Shown here: positions 10,581 through 18,704 of the stretch, in pieces | How positions within the stretch are numbered: position 1 is the stretch's first letter | Layout of the letters: each line of letters begins with the position of its first letter | DNA from: Candidatus Latescibacterota bacterium | GTDB lineage: Bacteria; Latescibacterota; UBA2968; UBA8231 | Length of the DNA: 64,000 nucleotides | Assembly (NCBI GenBank): GCA_965217585.1 | Contig: OZ244561.1 | Span: 2,176,001 to 2,240,000 of the forward strand | Direction: 5' to 3' | Notes under the pieces: model-generated | What the model was told of the DNA's origin: nothing | Databases searched by the model: none | The model's input: the letters and a program-made list of their open reading frames with translations, nothing else | Position numbers and translations under genes: made by a program

Positions 10581-10952
10581 TTAAACCTCCACATTGACAT
10601 AGAAATTGATGATGTTCCTATCCGGATCGCGAAACCAAACGGACCGACGCCCCCACGGTTGGGTCGTAGGCGGTTTAACAATCTCAACATTCATGGCCTG
10701 CAAACGCTCAAATTCCTGGTCAACGTCTTCTACCTCAAACTCGATAGTATAGCTGCCATATCCAGCTCCCTTCAGGCATCCCTGAGCCATCTCCTCCATG
10801 TGTGCTGAGGAGAAGATTGACAAGACTGCACCCTCCGTTGGAATGATCTTAAATACATCCCCTTCTTCTGGTTCGAGTCTTAGTATCTCTCGGTAGAAAG
10901 CGCACAATCTGGGCACGTTCTGCGTTACTATACAAATGCCATTGAACCGCAT
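10581..10952 (-). CDS. VOC/glyoxalase family protein
   Basis: 'FEVEDVD', 'PWGRRSVWFRDPD.N'. Confidence 0.9.
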   Translation of the reverse strand: MRFNGICIVTQNVPRLCAFYREILRLEPEEGDVFKIIPTEGAVLSIFSSAHMEEMAQGCLKGAGYGSYTIEFEVEDVDQEFERLQAMNVEIVKPPTTQPWGRRSVWFRDPDRNIINFYVNVEV

Positions 10953-11070
10953 GAGGAACCTCCAGAAGTCTCAGTGAATTTTTTTGGTCGGTGCAGGACG
11001 CACTGCCTCCTTCGGATGGATTAAAACCAAATTTGTCCCTGACCGATCTACGGCACTTTAGCCTGAAGAT

Positions 11071-11553
11071 TCAGCTATTTCTTTCATAAGACTTTTCTCC
11101 CTTCGATATCTCCATGATTTTCAGTCGGATAGGTTCTGCCATGGTTGATAGGTCCGAGTCGGCAAGAGCCTGTTTCCCAGTTAGTGAAGGAAAAACGTAC
11201 TTAATGCGATCCATAACGGACTTACATGGAAATACGTGTACATGCAAATGAAATATTTCTTGTCCCGCACTTTCGCCATTTGCTATCCAGAGTCGGATAC
11301 CAGAACAAGGTATAATTTCCTTAGATGCTCTCGCAATTAGATGAGCAACTTGCATCAAGGGAGCACATAGATTATTGGGCAAACTCCATATATTTTCGTA
11401 GTGCTCTCGGGGAATTACGAGGGCATGGCCACCTACAGAAGATTGCCTAAATCGATCTAAAAAGCAGATTACTTGATCGTCTTCGTAGAGAATTTCTTCC
11501 GGTTTTTTCTTGGCGACAATCTGACAGAAGATGCAATTAGGATCTGAATTCAC
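11071..11553 (-). CDS. HIT family hydrolase
   Basis: 'CIFCQI', 'GHALVIP..H', 'GQEIFHLHVHV' histidine triad. Confidence 0.92.
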   Translation of the reverse strand: MNSDPNCIFCQIVAKKKPEEILYEDDQVICFLDRFRQSSVGGHALVIPREHYENIWSLPNNLCAPLMQVAHLIARASKEIIPCSGIRLWIANGESAGQEIFHLHVHVFPCKSVMDRIKYVFPSLTGKQALADSDLSTMAEPIRLKIMEISKGEKSYERNS

Positions 11554-11594
11554 CGTAAACGCCCTCTAACTTGAAACAGTTTTATTCCATTGTC

Positions 11595-11775
11595 GATAAC
11601 TGCTTGTACTCGAACAATTGGTTCAGGGAATCGCCCTTATCTGACCCGAAGGTATGTATCCGTGTAAACAGTCGCAACCTATACCGCGAGGCTGGAGTAT
11701 TCTACGTAACTCCTTGCAATAACTTGAGATAGCACGATTATTCTGAGATCTGATGCGGCTAGCGCCGCAGCGCAA
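11595..11775 (-). repeat. ~180-bp promoter + GTT core unit (attI/Pc-like), copy 1
   Basis: ~88% identical by eye to 13402-13581; minus strand has TTGCGA-17-TACCTT and ends ...TACAAGCA-GTTATCG just upstream of the HIT gene. Confidence 0.75.
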
Positions 11776-11837
11776 CACCGATGTGTTATGTGCCGTGAAA
11801 AAATGCGATGGCCTATAAGACTGATCCTCAGGCGAAA

Positions 11838-12116
11838 TCAGATCAACTCGATGCGGAGCTTTTTGCCCAGAGCCCGCGCTACGCGGTCCATTGTCTGTAG
11901 AGTTACGGAGGGATTAGACGCGTCAAGCAGACGGTCCAGCGCGGATCGACTAGTTTGCATGCGCTTGGCCATCGCCGATTTGGACAGCTTGTTTTCCTCC
12001 ATGAACTGACTCAACTGATAGGCAATAACGCGTTTCACGGCCGTTGCCTCTGCTTCACTGAGCAGGCCCTCATCTGCGAGGAACTCATCAAAACTGCTGC
12101 CGACATGTCTTTTCAT
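11838..12116 (-). CDS. XRE-family HTH antitoxin (HigA-like)
   Basis: 'MKRHVGSSFDEFL...KRVIAYQL...MAKRMQTSRSALDRLLD..N.SVTL.T...A.ALG'; start set at ATG 12116. Confidence 0.85.
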   Translation of the reverse strand: MKRHVGSSFDEFLADEGLLSEAEATAVKRVIAYQLSQFMEENKLSKSAMAKRMQTSRSALDRLLDASNPSVTLQTMDRVARALGKKLRIELI

Positions 12117-12191
12117 CGTGCCTCCCTGAGCATCGTTAGTCTGGATCGTGCCAACGTGAGATCGCTGGCGGCGGGTCTTCTCACTTTTCTT
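12113..12191 (-). pseudogene. C-terminal remnant of a RelE/ParE (Gp49-like) toxin
   Basis: KKSEKT/(frameshift)/AASDLTLARSRLTMLREAR*, stop overlapping the antitoxin ATG (ATGA). Confidence 0.55.
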
Positions 12192-12227
12192 GGATCGAAA
12201 CAGATCGCAGAAAGCGGTGGTCATGGC

Positions 12228-12315
12228 ACCTAACGTCTGCCGGTTTACGAAGCCGCGTAGCGGGTAGCCAAAGGCCAAGGCGCAATAGCGCCGCAGTGTG
12301 GATTGAATGTTATCG
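12228..12315 (-). mobile_element. attC-like integron recombination site
   Basis: Just after the DUF2283 stop: R'' CGATAAC ... internal hairpins ... TTCGTAAACCGGCAGAC-GTTAGGT (GTTRRRY), 88 bp. Confidence 0.65.
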
Positions 12316-12327
12316 GTTGCTAAGAAA

Positions 12328-12597
12328 TCACACGGCCTCAAGTGGCGATAAGTCCTCCTCTTTCATAGGAGAAAGATCAAGGCTGCGTAAAACCTCGTTG
12401 ATCTGAGCCGCCGTCATCTGCTCTGGTGCCGTGATTTCTAAACCAATGGGTTGACCTTCAGGGCCAAAATCCACTAATAAACCTGCATCTCTTGACTCTG
12501 TTCGTACACTTTTCACACCCGAAGCGGCCGATAAGTACAGATATGCGGCTAAGGGCTTCCCTTTACGGTAGGTAATTTCCAAATAGTGTTCTCGCAT
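12328..12597 (-). CDS. DUF2283 family protein (putative antitoxin)
   Basis: 'AAYLYL', 'LLVDFGPEGQPIGLEI'. Confidence 0.75.
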   Translation of the reverse strand: MREHYLEITYRKGKPLAAYLYLSAASGVKSVRTESRDAGLLVDFGPEGQPIGLEITAPEQMTAAQINEVLRSLDLSPMKEEDLSPLEAV

Positions 12598-12621
12598 AGT
12601 TTGCCCCAAAATGCCGGTTGT

Positions 12622-13371
12622 TCACGATGTCTCTTTGCGCGCAAGAGCAATCAGCCGCTTTGAGCTAGTCCCATACGCACTGCCTTCCAAGTCCCCATAT
12701 AGTTGAGTATTGCTAAACCCAGCTTGCAAGAGACGGTCTTTCAGTTCTTGGCCAGAGTACAACGTGTGGTGAAACTTGAACGATTTTACCTGCTCATCCC
12801 GGATCAGGAGCCACTCGTTGCGAATCCTCGTCCAATCATCGAAGATCTCGCGGCGTTGAACGAGCAATGTCCCGTCGGGATGCACCTCCGAGGAGGTCGC
12901 AGCGAACACCTTGGCCAACCACTCTTTACTCACCAGATCCATTACGAGGGCTCCCCCAGGTCTGAGGCTCTCGTAAATATTGCTGAGCACTCGCAGATCC
13001 TCGTCCTTGTCATCGAAATAGCCGAAGGACGTAAACATGTTGAGCACCAAGTCGTACGATGCGGATCGCACAAAACGACGCATGTCATCCTGCACAAACT
13101 CAACGTCTAATTTCCGCTCGTTTGCTCGCGCCGTAGCTTTTTGCAGTAGGAACGCGGTAGAATCAACGCCCGTTACGGAAAATCCTCGCTCGGCCAAGAC
13201 CGTGGAATGTCGACCGGGGCCGCAACACAGATCGAGGATATGTGTCCCGCTGAACTCCACCAGCGAAAGAATCTTGTCGACTTGATCTTCCGCAGATTGA
13301 AATCGCTCTTCCGGGAACAGATAGGGATACATTTCCGTCCAGAAGTCTTCGTTTTCAAACCATTCGGACAT
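12622..13371 (-). CDS. Class I SAM-dependent methyltransferase
   Basis: 'ILDLCCGPGRH', 'GVD', 'DMR', 'FTSFGYF', 'LRPGG'. Confidence 0.92.
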   Translation of the reverse strand: MSEWFENEDFWTEMYPYLFPEERFQSAEDQVDKILSLVEFSGTHILDLCCGPGRHSTVLAERGFSVTGVDSTAFLLQKATARANERKLDVEFVQDDMRRFVRSASYDLVLNMFTSFGYFDDKDEDLRVLSNIYESLRPGGALVMDLVSKEWLAKVFAATSSEVHPDGTLLVQRREIFDDWTRIRNEWLLIRDEQVKSFKFHHTLYSGQELKDRLLQAGFSNTQLYGDLEGSAYGTSSKRLIALARKETS

Positions 13372-13401
13372 AGGACTCCAGTTTCTTGATTTTCATTGGT
13401 G

Positions 13402-13581
13402 GATAACTGCTTGTACCCGAACAATTGGTTCGAGTAATCGCCCTTATCTGACCCGAAAATACGTATCCGTGTAAACAGTCGCAACCAATACTGCGAGGGT
13501 GGAGTATTCTATGTAACTTATTGTAATAAATTGAGATAGAACGATTATTCTGAATCGGGCACGGCTAGCACCGCAGCGCAA
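13402..13581 (-). repeat. ~180-bp promoter + GTT core unit (attI/Pc-like), copy 2
   Basis: Homologous to 11595-11775; TTGCGA-17-TATTTT; ends TACAAGCA-GTTATCC upstream of the methyltransferase. Confidence 0.75.
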
Positions 13582-13584
13582 ATC

Positions 13585-13765
13585 TCACCGCGTTCGCAGT
13601 CGGACACGGCCTGATTCTACGATTGCGAGTTTGCCCTCAAGCCTCGACAATATCTCTTCCCGTCGGAGGAACGATGAAAGAAGCTGTAGTATTATGGAAG
13701 TGACCGAAAGCGGCGATCACACCGGCTACAGTGCGAGGAAGATCCGCGTCGATGATGAATTGCAA
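13585..13765 (-). pseudogene. DUF5615 PIN-like toxin, internally deleted and frameshifted
   Basis: N-terminus (M)QFIIDADLPRTVAGVIAAFGH joined out of frame to C-terminus ...LEGKLAIVESGRVRLRTR*; directly downstream of DUF433. Confidence 0.7.
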
Positions 13766-13771
13766 ACCGAC

Positions 13772-13996
13772 TTAGGACGCAGGTAGAGGATGCGCTTCTT
13801 CTGCTTCTACGAGTTCCTCCGCGTACTCAAGAGCGGCCCGTATATCCGCGTCGATAATGCCATATTCCTCACAGACTTCTTCCGGGGTTGCCCCTCCTGC
13901 GAGGCTCCCAATAATTCGGTGTACTGGCACTCGGGTTCCCCGAATCACCGGCTTGCCATGACGGATCGAGGGATCAATTATAATTCGTCCATTCAT
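13772..13996 (-). CDS. DUF433 family antitoxin
   Basis: 'IIIDPSIRHGKPVIRGTRVPV..I...LAGG....E....Y......I.AAL.YA'. Confidence 0.92.
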   Translation of the reverse strand: MNGRIIIDPSIRHGKPVIRGTRVPVHRIIGSLAGGATPEEVCEEYGIIDADIRAALEYAEELVEAEEAHPLPAS

Positions 13997-14144
13997 CCTA
14001 TGACCTCCATGCCTTTACGAATATAAGCAACACAGATCCCGTTTTCATCCGGTGGTGTGACATCCAGCTCCAAGACGGCGCGAATTGGCCCCCAAGGAAG
14101 AAGCTTCTCCTCAAAGAGTTCAGGGAACAACGACTTGTCTATGT

Positions 14145-14747
14145 TCACAGTTTTGTCCGGTCTGTAAGCCCGTTTATTCCTCGCCCTGCCAATAGTCGGA
14201 TTCGCTGCACAATGTCATCTATGCTGGGTGAGTATTGCCCCTCTGTTGAGACATGAACTGTGGGCACGTTGAAATCCGGAGCTGTATAGTCGTCAGGAGG
14301 CGACATCTCACCTGTTTTCCTGTAGATTTCAACGCGCTTATCGCCGTGGTAGAACTCCCGATTTGGATCATCCAGACCCCGCTGGAGATGGCGCTTAGCC
14401 GCCACCATCCCATCAACGGAGCATACGACAATGAAAGGAGTGCACAATTCAAGGATCTTGGGCATCCTTGGTTCCCAAACCCTGTGCTGAAAGGCCGCCT
14501 CAATAACGATAGAGATCTTACCGGCTAGATACTGATTCACTATCTCGAAGAAAAAATTGGAGACTACGCCATTGGTGTCCGGCGGAAGCTGATCGTGCTT
14601 GACGCCATGGGTATTGACATAGCCTTCCTTGATCTCGTCGCGACTGATAACCGGCATCCACAATCGCTCAGCGAGCCTCTTGGATAAACTCGTCTTCCCT
14701 GATCCCGGCCGGCCTGTGACGATAATGCATTTGGGTTTACTGCTCAT
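14145..14747 (-). CDS. P-loop kinase (AAA_33-like)
   Basis: 'GRPGSGKTS', 'ISRDEIKE'. Confidence 0.85.
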   Translation of the reverse strand: MSSKPKCIIVTGRPGSGKTSLSKRLAERLWMPVISRDEIKEGYVNTHGVKHDQLPPDTNGVVSNFFFEIVNQYLAGKISIVIEAAFQHRVWEPRMPKILELCTPFIVVCSVDGMVAAKRHLQRGLDDPNREFYHGDKRVEIYRKTGEMSPPDDYTAPDFNVPTVHVSTEGQYSPSIDDIVQRIRLLAGRGINGLTDRTKL

Positions 14748-14842
14748 GTTTCTGGCTCTTTCACAGGAGAAAGATCAGGGCTGCGTAAAACCTCGTTGAT
14801 CTGAGCCGCCGTCATAATTAGCTCCTCAGCGCTGCGTTGACC

Positions 14843-15634
14843 TCAACAGTTTCCGTCCTCCAGATCAGAGGAGGGCTGCACTCGATACCAATACCGGTAC
14901 GACTCGCTGAAACCATATTTGCGTTGCAGAGCCAGAGCTGGCTCGTTGTTCGCCATCACCTGCAGGTATGCCAGACGCGCCCCTTGCTCAAATCCCCAGT
15001 TGAGGCGGGCCTCAAGGAGCCCACGGCCGAAGCCCTGACCCCGATGCTCGGGATCCACCATCAAATCAAAGAGCCCCATGATTGAGCCCGAAACAACGGC
15101 GCGGGCGCAGCCTACGGATTGGCCATCAGTCCGGGCGACAACATAGGCCGAAGGAGTGGGGATCGCGTTGAGCAAACTGCGAAATACCTCAGCGTGCTGA
15201 CTGCGACCGGACAGACGTATCCAAGTTTCGAGCCACTCATCTGTTGCATCTTCGTATAGCGATATGGCAGGGGAACTAGCGGAACGGGCCTCAAGCCGCT
15301 TGGTTTGAACCAGTGTGTCGGCGTCTCTAGCGTACTGAAGCTGCGCCAAGGTCTCGTCCAAATTCCCAGGTTGACAGGCAGGAAAAATCTTGAAAAGACA
15401 AGGTAGCGATGCTCGCGCGTACGCAGTTTCACAATGAACCAGCTTCTGCTGGAGGGGGATTGTGGATCCATACAGCGGGGCTACACATCTGGCACGGCGA
15501 CTGTATCCCTCAGACATTCGAACAATCCAGCCGTCGTAGAACTCTGTTTGCAGCGCGGGTAGCCCGTTCAGCGCCGCCTCTTCCAGCCTTGCTACAAGCT
15601 CTGGACTGTTCGTTGGATCAAGTGCTATCGTCAT
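14843..15634 (-). CDS. GNAT family acetyltransferase
   Basis: 'DGWIVRMSEGYSRRA', 'HRGQGFG', 'YLQV...N.PA..L..KYGF...Y.YWYR'. Confidence 0.88.
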   Translation of the reverse strand: MTIALDPTNSPELVARLEEAALNGLPALQTEFYDGWIVRMSEGYSRRARCVAPLYGSTIPLQQKLVHCETAYARASLPCLFKIFPACQPGNLDETLAQLQYARDADTLVQTKRLEARSASSPAISLYEDATDEWLETWIRLSGRSQHAEVFRSLLNAIPTPSAYVVARTDGQSVGCARAVVSGSIMGLFDLMVDPEHRGQGFGRGLLEARLNWGFEQGARLAYLQVMANNEPALALQRKYGFSESYRYWYRVQPSSDLEDGNC

Positions 15635-15662
15635 AGGTTTAGGTATGCCTAGATTCGTTCAT

Positions 15663-16070
15663 TCATCCTGACTCAACTTGACCAATTTTCGCTATGATCG
15701 AGCGCAAATCCGGATCTGAAAACTGATCTGACTTCAATACTTTGCCGTCCTCCCTGAATATCGGCTTACCCTGTTCATCTAGCTTGCTCATGTTGCTGCG
15801 GTGTACTTCATCAAAGAGTTCTTCGGCAATGTCCTGCAGACCATGCGTGATAAACGTACCCAGCAATACGTAAAGCATGTCGGTAAGGGCGTCTGCGATC
15901 TCGACGATGTCGTGGTTATTCACGGCCGCTCGATACTCCTCTAGCTCCTCCAAAAACATCTGGATACGCCCTTGGCTTATCTCCGCCGGCACCTTTGCCG
16001 TAGGCGTGCGCTCCATGTATGCCTGGAACACCTCGTGAAAACATCGCACGCTATCTAGCTGATCTTTCAC
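15663..16070 (-). CDS. MazG-like / PRA-PH nucleoside triphosphate pyrophosphohydrolase
   Basis: 'EELEEY', 'EIADALTDMLY', 'EVHRSNMSKL', 'REDGKVLK'; GTG start after AGGAG. Confidence 0.88.
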   Translation of the reverse strand: MKDQLDSVRCFHEVFQAYMERTPTAKVPAEISQGRIQMFLEELEEYRAAVNNHDIVEIADALTDMLYVLLGTFITHGLQDIAEELFDEVHRSNMSKLDEQGKPIFREDGKVLKSDQFSDPDLRSIIAKIGQVESG

Positions 16071-16149
16071 CTGGCATCTCCTGACTGCTCTGCCGAATAC
16101 CTTCACAGGTAGTTTATGAGTCTACGAACCTAATTGCTGGTGTATGATG

Positions 16150-16240
16150 GTTGTGGCTTTACGAATCTGGAGCGAAGCGGAGGGTTGCCCGCAGGGCCAA
16201 GTGGCGAATCGCCGCGTAGCGAAAAGCCGATGTTAGGCGA
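16150..16240 (-). mobile_element. Degenerate attC-like site (R' arm lost)
   Basis: R'' GCCTAAC (16238-16232); L''/L' GGCTTTTCG/CGTAAAGCC pair 8/9; shares CTACGCGGC and TTCGTAAA with the 12228-12315 site. Confidence 0.55.
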
Positions 16241-16285
16241 TCTTCGGATTGGTACAGTTAACGGGATGTTAGCCGCAGTGCAAAG

Positions 16286-16963
16286 TCAGAATTCTGTTGT
16301 TAATTGGCAGTCACTACACCATGATATAAATGATGATTGAACTTCTCTATAAAACTTATCGAATGAGGGGCTATAGTCTCGCATGGTTTCGGGGTTTATG
16401 CTACTTACCATTAGCCTAGCATGAAGTTGATTTTTTACAGATTTTGTTCCAATAATTCTATCTTTTAACCATTGGTCTGGATTTCGTAATTCATCTGTAT
16501 TATCTGGCTGGTCTACATCAGATTGTACATACCCCGCTGTCTTTAAACCGGCTACATCAGCTACAAACCATGATTCAAATTTAGGGACCTGAATTACTAC
16601 AGATATTCTTTCAGGTAAAGATTGAAGCCTTGTATCATCTTGGGCACTTCTAAACCAATCATCAATTTTGCCCTTTAAGTCTAAAAGTAGATCTGCACAA
16701 GTGCTATAAAAACCTGCATCAATTACATCTTTTAAATCTACAGTGACTATAATGTGATACGGTTTCTTAAGCCTAACTAGTGGTGTTAGCTGATCCTGAA
16801 TGTTACGAATGATTCCTCCATAGCCACCTGCATTAACAATAGGAATATCAAAGTTAGAGGCATTTACTATTCGGCTGACTATGGATGGATAACACCTGTA
16901 TTCACCGGCACCTTCGACTACAAATCCAAGAGGAGGTCTTGATATCAAGTTGACCTCAGACAT
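16286..16963 (-). CDS. DUF4276-like TOPRIM-fold protein
   Basis: 'GFVVEGAGE', 'VDL.D', 'FESWFVAD', 'SPSFDKF'; overlaps the ATPase stop; low GC. Confidence 0.7.
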   Translation of the reverse strand: MSEVNLISRPPLGFVVEGAGEYRCYPSIVSRIVNASNFDIPIVNAGGYGGIIRNIQDQLTPLVRLKKPYHIIVTVDLKDVIDAGFYSTCADLLLDLKGKIDDWFRSAQDDTRLQSLPERISVVIQVPKFESWFVADVAGLKTAGYVQSDVDQPDNTDELRNPDQWLKDRIIGTKSVKNQLHARLMVSSINPETMRDYSPSFDKFYREVQSSFISWCSDCQLTTEF

Positions 16964-18365
16964 CAGTTGGAACACCTCCGAGTAATCCTTTAACCCAAAG
17001 TTGGCCAACTTCCCCCATCATTATGTCGCTATCTGGAAATAGGTCTTGTAAGTTTTTAAATTTTGTACCCCCAACTGTGGTTCTACTTGCTACTAAAACT
17101 TCATCAGGTTTTACTCTTTCAAGCACTTGTTGCGAATGAGTTGTTATGACGACTTGCAGATGACGTTTTTCTATTACTTCTCGAATATGATCCATTAGGC
17201 TGTGTACAGCCCAAGGGTGTAAATTTTGTTCTGGTTCTTCAATGATCATAGTAGTATGAGGAGGATGGGTTTCGAGAGCTATTAAGATTGCAAGCGCTCT
17301 CAAACTTCCATCAGAAGACTCCCAAGATTCTATACCTCTGCCTACGATAGATTCGACAAACTCAACGTATTCCTTACCTGCACGGACCTGACTTGACTTC
17401 ATTGTTTCAATATGAGGTGCAATAGAACCAAAAGTATCGGTGATTCTTTCCCAATTATCTTGGAAGTCAGGCGATTTTAAATGTCTCAAAACCGATGGTA
17501 CATTGTCACCAGATGCAGATAATTGCGAAGGAGACCCTATTTTCTGTTCAATTCGAAGTTCATTTAACAATAAGTCATATCTACGAATAGCCTTCAACTC
17601 ATATAAGAATCCGTTAAATTGGTCACTGTGGTCTAAATATGTTCTTAAAGTAGGATTCAGAAATGAGTCATGAGGAGCTAGTTTCTTCTTTTTTTTCAAT
17701 TTATCTTCATGTAAATCATAGTTAATAATTGACTGAATAACTCGACTGAATTCATTTTTTGAATGGATTCTATCTTTCAGAAATCCAAATCCTAGCCATT
17801 CTAAAAAGTCAGGAATACTATCTTTGGTTATGGGCGGTATTGTTTGGAACTTCGTTATTCCTCCCTTACCTCTCTCAAGAATAAATGAGGATGGAAACGT
17901 TAAATTTTCTTTTGGTATAATACCGTTTTCATAATCCGAACTTGAGTGAAGGCGCTTTAATTCTTCGACCGCGAGCCCTTGATTTAAGGAAACCTTTTCA
18001 TTTGTAATCCTTATCGAATCTGATTGTCCTGCTCCCATTTCTATTAAATGGTTTGCGGTGATTGGTAGATAATCAGGGCCATCATAAAACGGAGGTGAAA
18101 ACATATTTACCGTGTATTGTAACGAAATTTTTCCCTGACGTAATCTTGATTTCGGTATGGCTTTAGGGATTAGCCCACTGAATCCTCCTTGACTGCTAAC
18201 AGCGTTGAGAATACCTCTTGAAGGAATCGCTGAGAGAAATTCAAGAGCTTTTACCAGGTTAGACTTCCCAGATCCATTCGCACCGACTAGCACAGTTAAG
18301 CGGTTAAATCTTACATGGTCGTCTATAATGCTTTTAAAATTCTGAATCGAGATATCCTGAATCAT
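16956..18365 (-). CDS. ABC/AAA_21-type ATPase (SMC/RecF-like)
   Basis: 'IQNFKS', Walker A GANGSGKS, signature 'SDG', Walker B 'IIEEPEQNLHP', 'TTHS'; low GC. Confidence 0.9.
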   Translation of the reverse strand: MIQDISIQNFKSIIDDHVRFNRLTVLVGANGSGKSNLVKALEFLSAIPSRGILNAVSSQGGFSGLIPKAIPKSRLRQGKISLQYTVNMFSPPFYDGPDYLPITANHLIEMGAGQSDSIRITNEKVSLNQGLAVEELKRLHSSSDYENGIIPKENLTFPSSFILERGKGGITKFQTIPPITKDSIPDFLEWLGFGFLKDRIHSKNEFSRVIQSIINYDLHEDKLKKKKKLAPHDSFLNPTLRTYLDHSDQFNGFLYELKAIRRYDLLLNELRIEQKIGSPSQLSASGDNVPSVLRHLKSPDFQDNWERITDTFGSIAPHIETMKSSQVRAGKEYVEFVESIVGRGIESWESSDGSLRALAILIALETHPPHTTMIIEEPEQNLHPWAVHSLMDHIREVIEKRHLQVVITTHSQQVLERVKPDEVLVASRTTVGGTKFKNLQDLFPDSDIMMGEVGQLWVKGLLGGVPTDV

Positions 18366-18402
18366 ATTTAACAAACCTCTTGATAAAGGTTGATTGCATT
18401 GC

Positions 18403-18570
18403 GGCTAACTACTGTATTCCCCACGTACATCGTCTAACCTACTCAAAGTAAGGGGTCAGGCGATGTACATCAAAGACTGATTTCTGGCCCATAGAATTCG
18501 CAACCCTTTATTCGTCAATGATCTTAAGGTTGTATTCGCATAACTATTTGTTCATCAATGACTTATAAAA
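18403..18570 (-). promoter_or_regulatory. Diverged third promoter + GTT core unit (attI/Pc-like) at the head of the array
   Basis: TTGATG(18473-18468)-17-TACTTT(18450-18445), ends GAATACAGTA-GTTAGCC; upstream AAGTCATTG...AGTTATGCGAATAC resembles AAGTTATTG...AGTTACGTAGAATAC in the repeats. Confidence 0.55.
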
Positions 18571-18704
18571 ATAATCTAAGGCATTGATCACCAAGGTGAA
18601 CATTAGCCATCGTCTTTCTCCCCCTTTCTTTTAATTGCCAGCAAATCCGCAGTCACGTCACCGTCCGCACGCTAAGACCCAGCTCGACAGGGGGAACAAA
18701 CGCC

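Noticed and set aside
12117-12341. N-terminal extension of the 167-aa ORF 11838-12341
   Set aside because: It runs through an attC site and a toxin remnant; the antitoxin family sequence begins at ATG 12116.
11595-13581. CRISPR array or IS ends
   Set aside because: Only two long direct copies separated by genes; no short repeat-spacer periodicity, cas genes or transposase.
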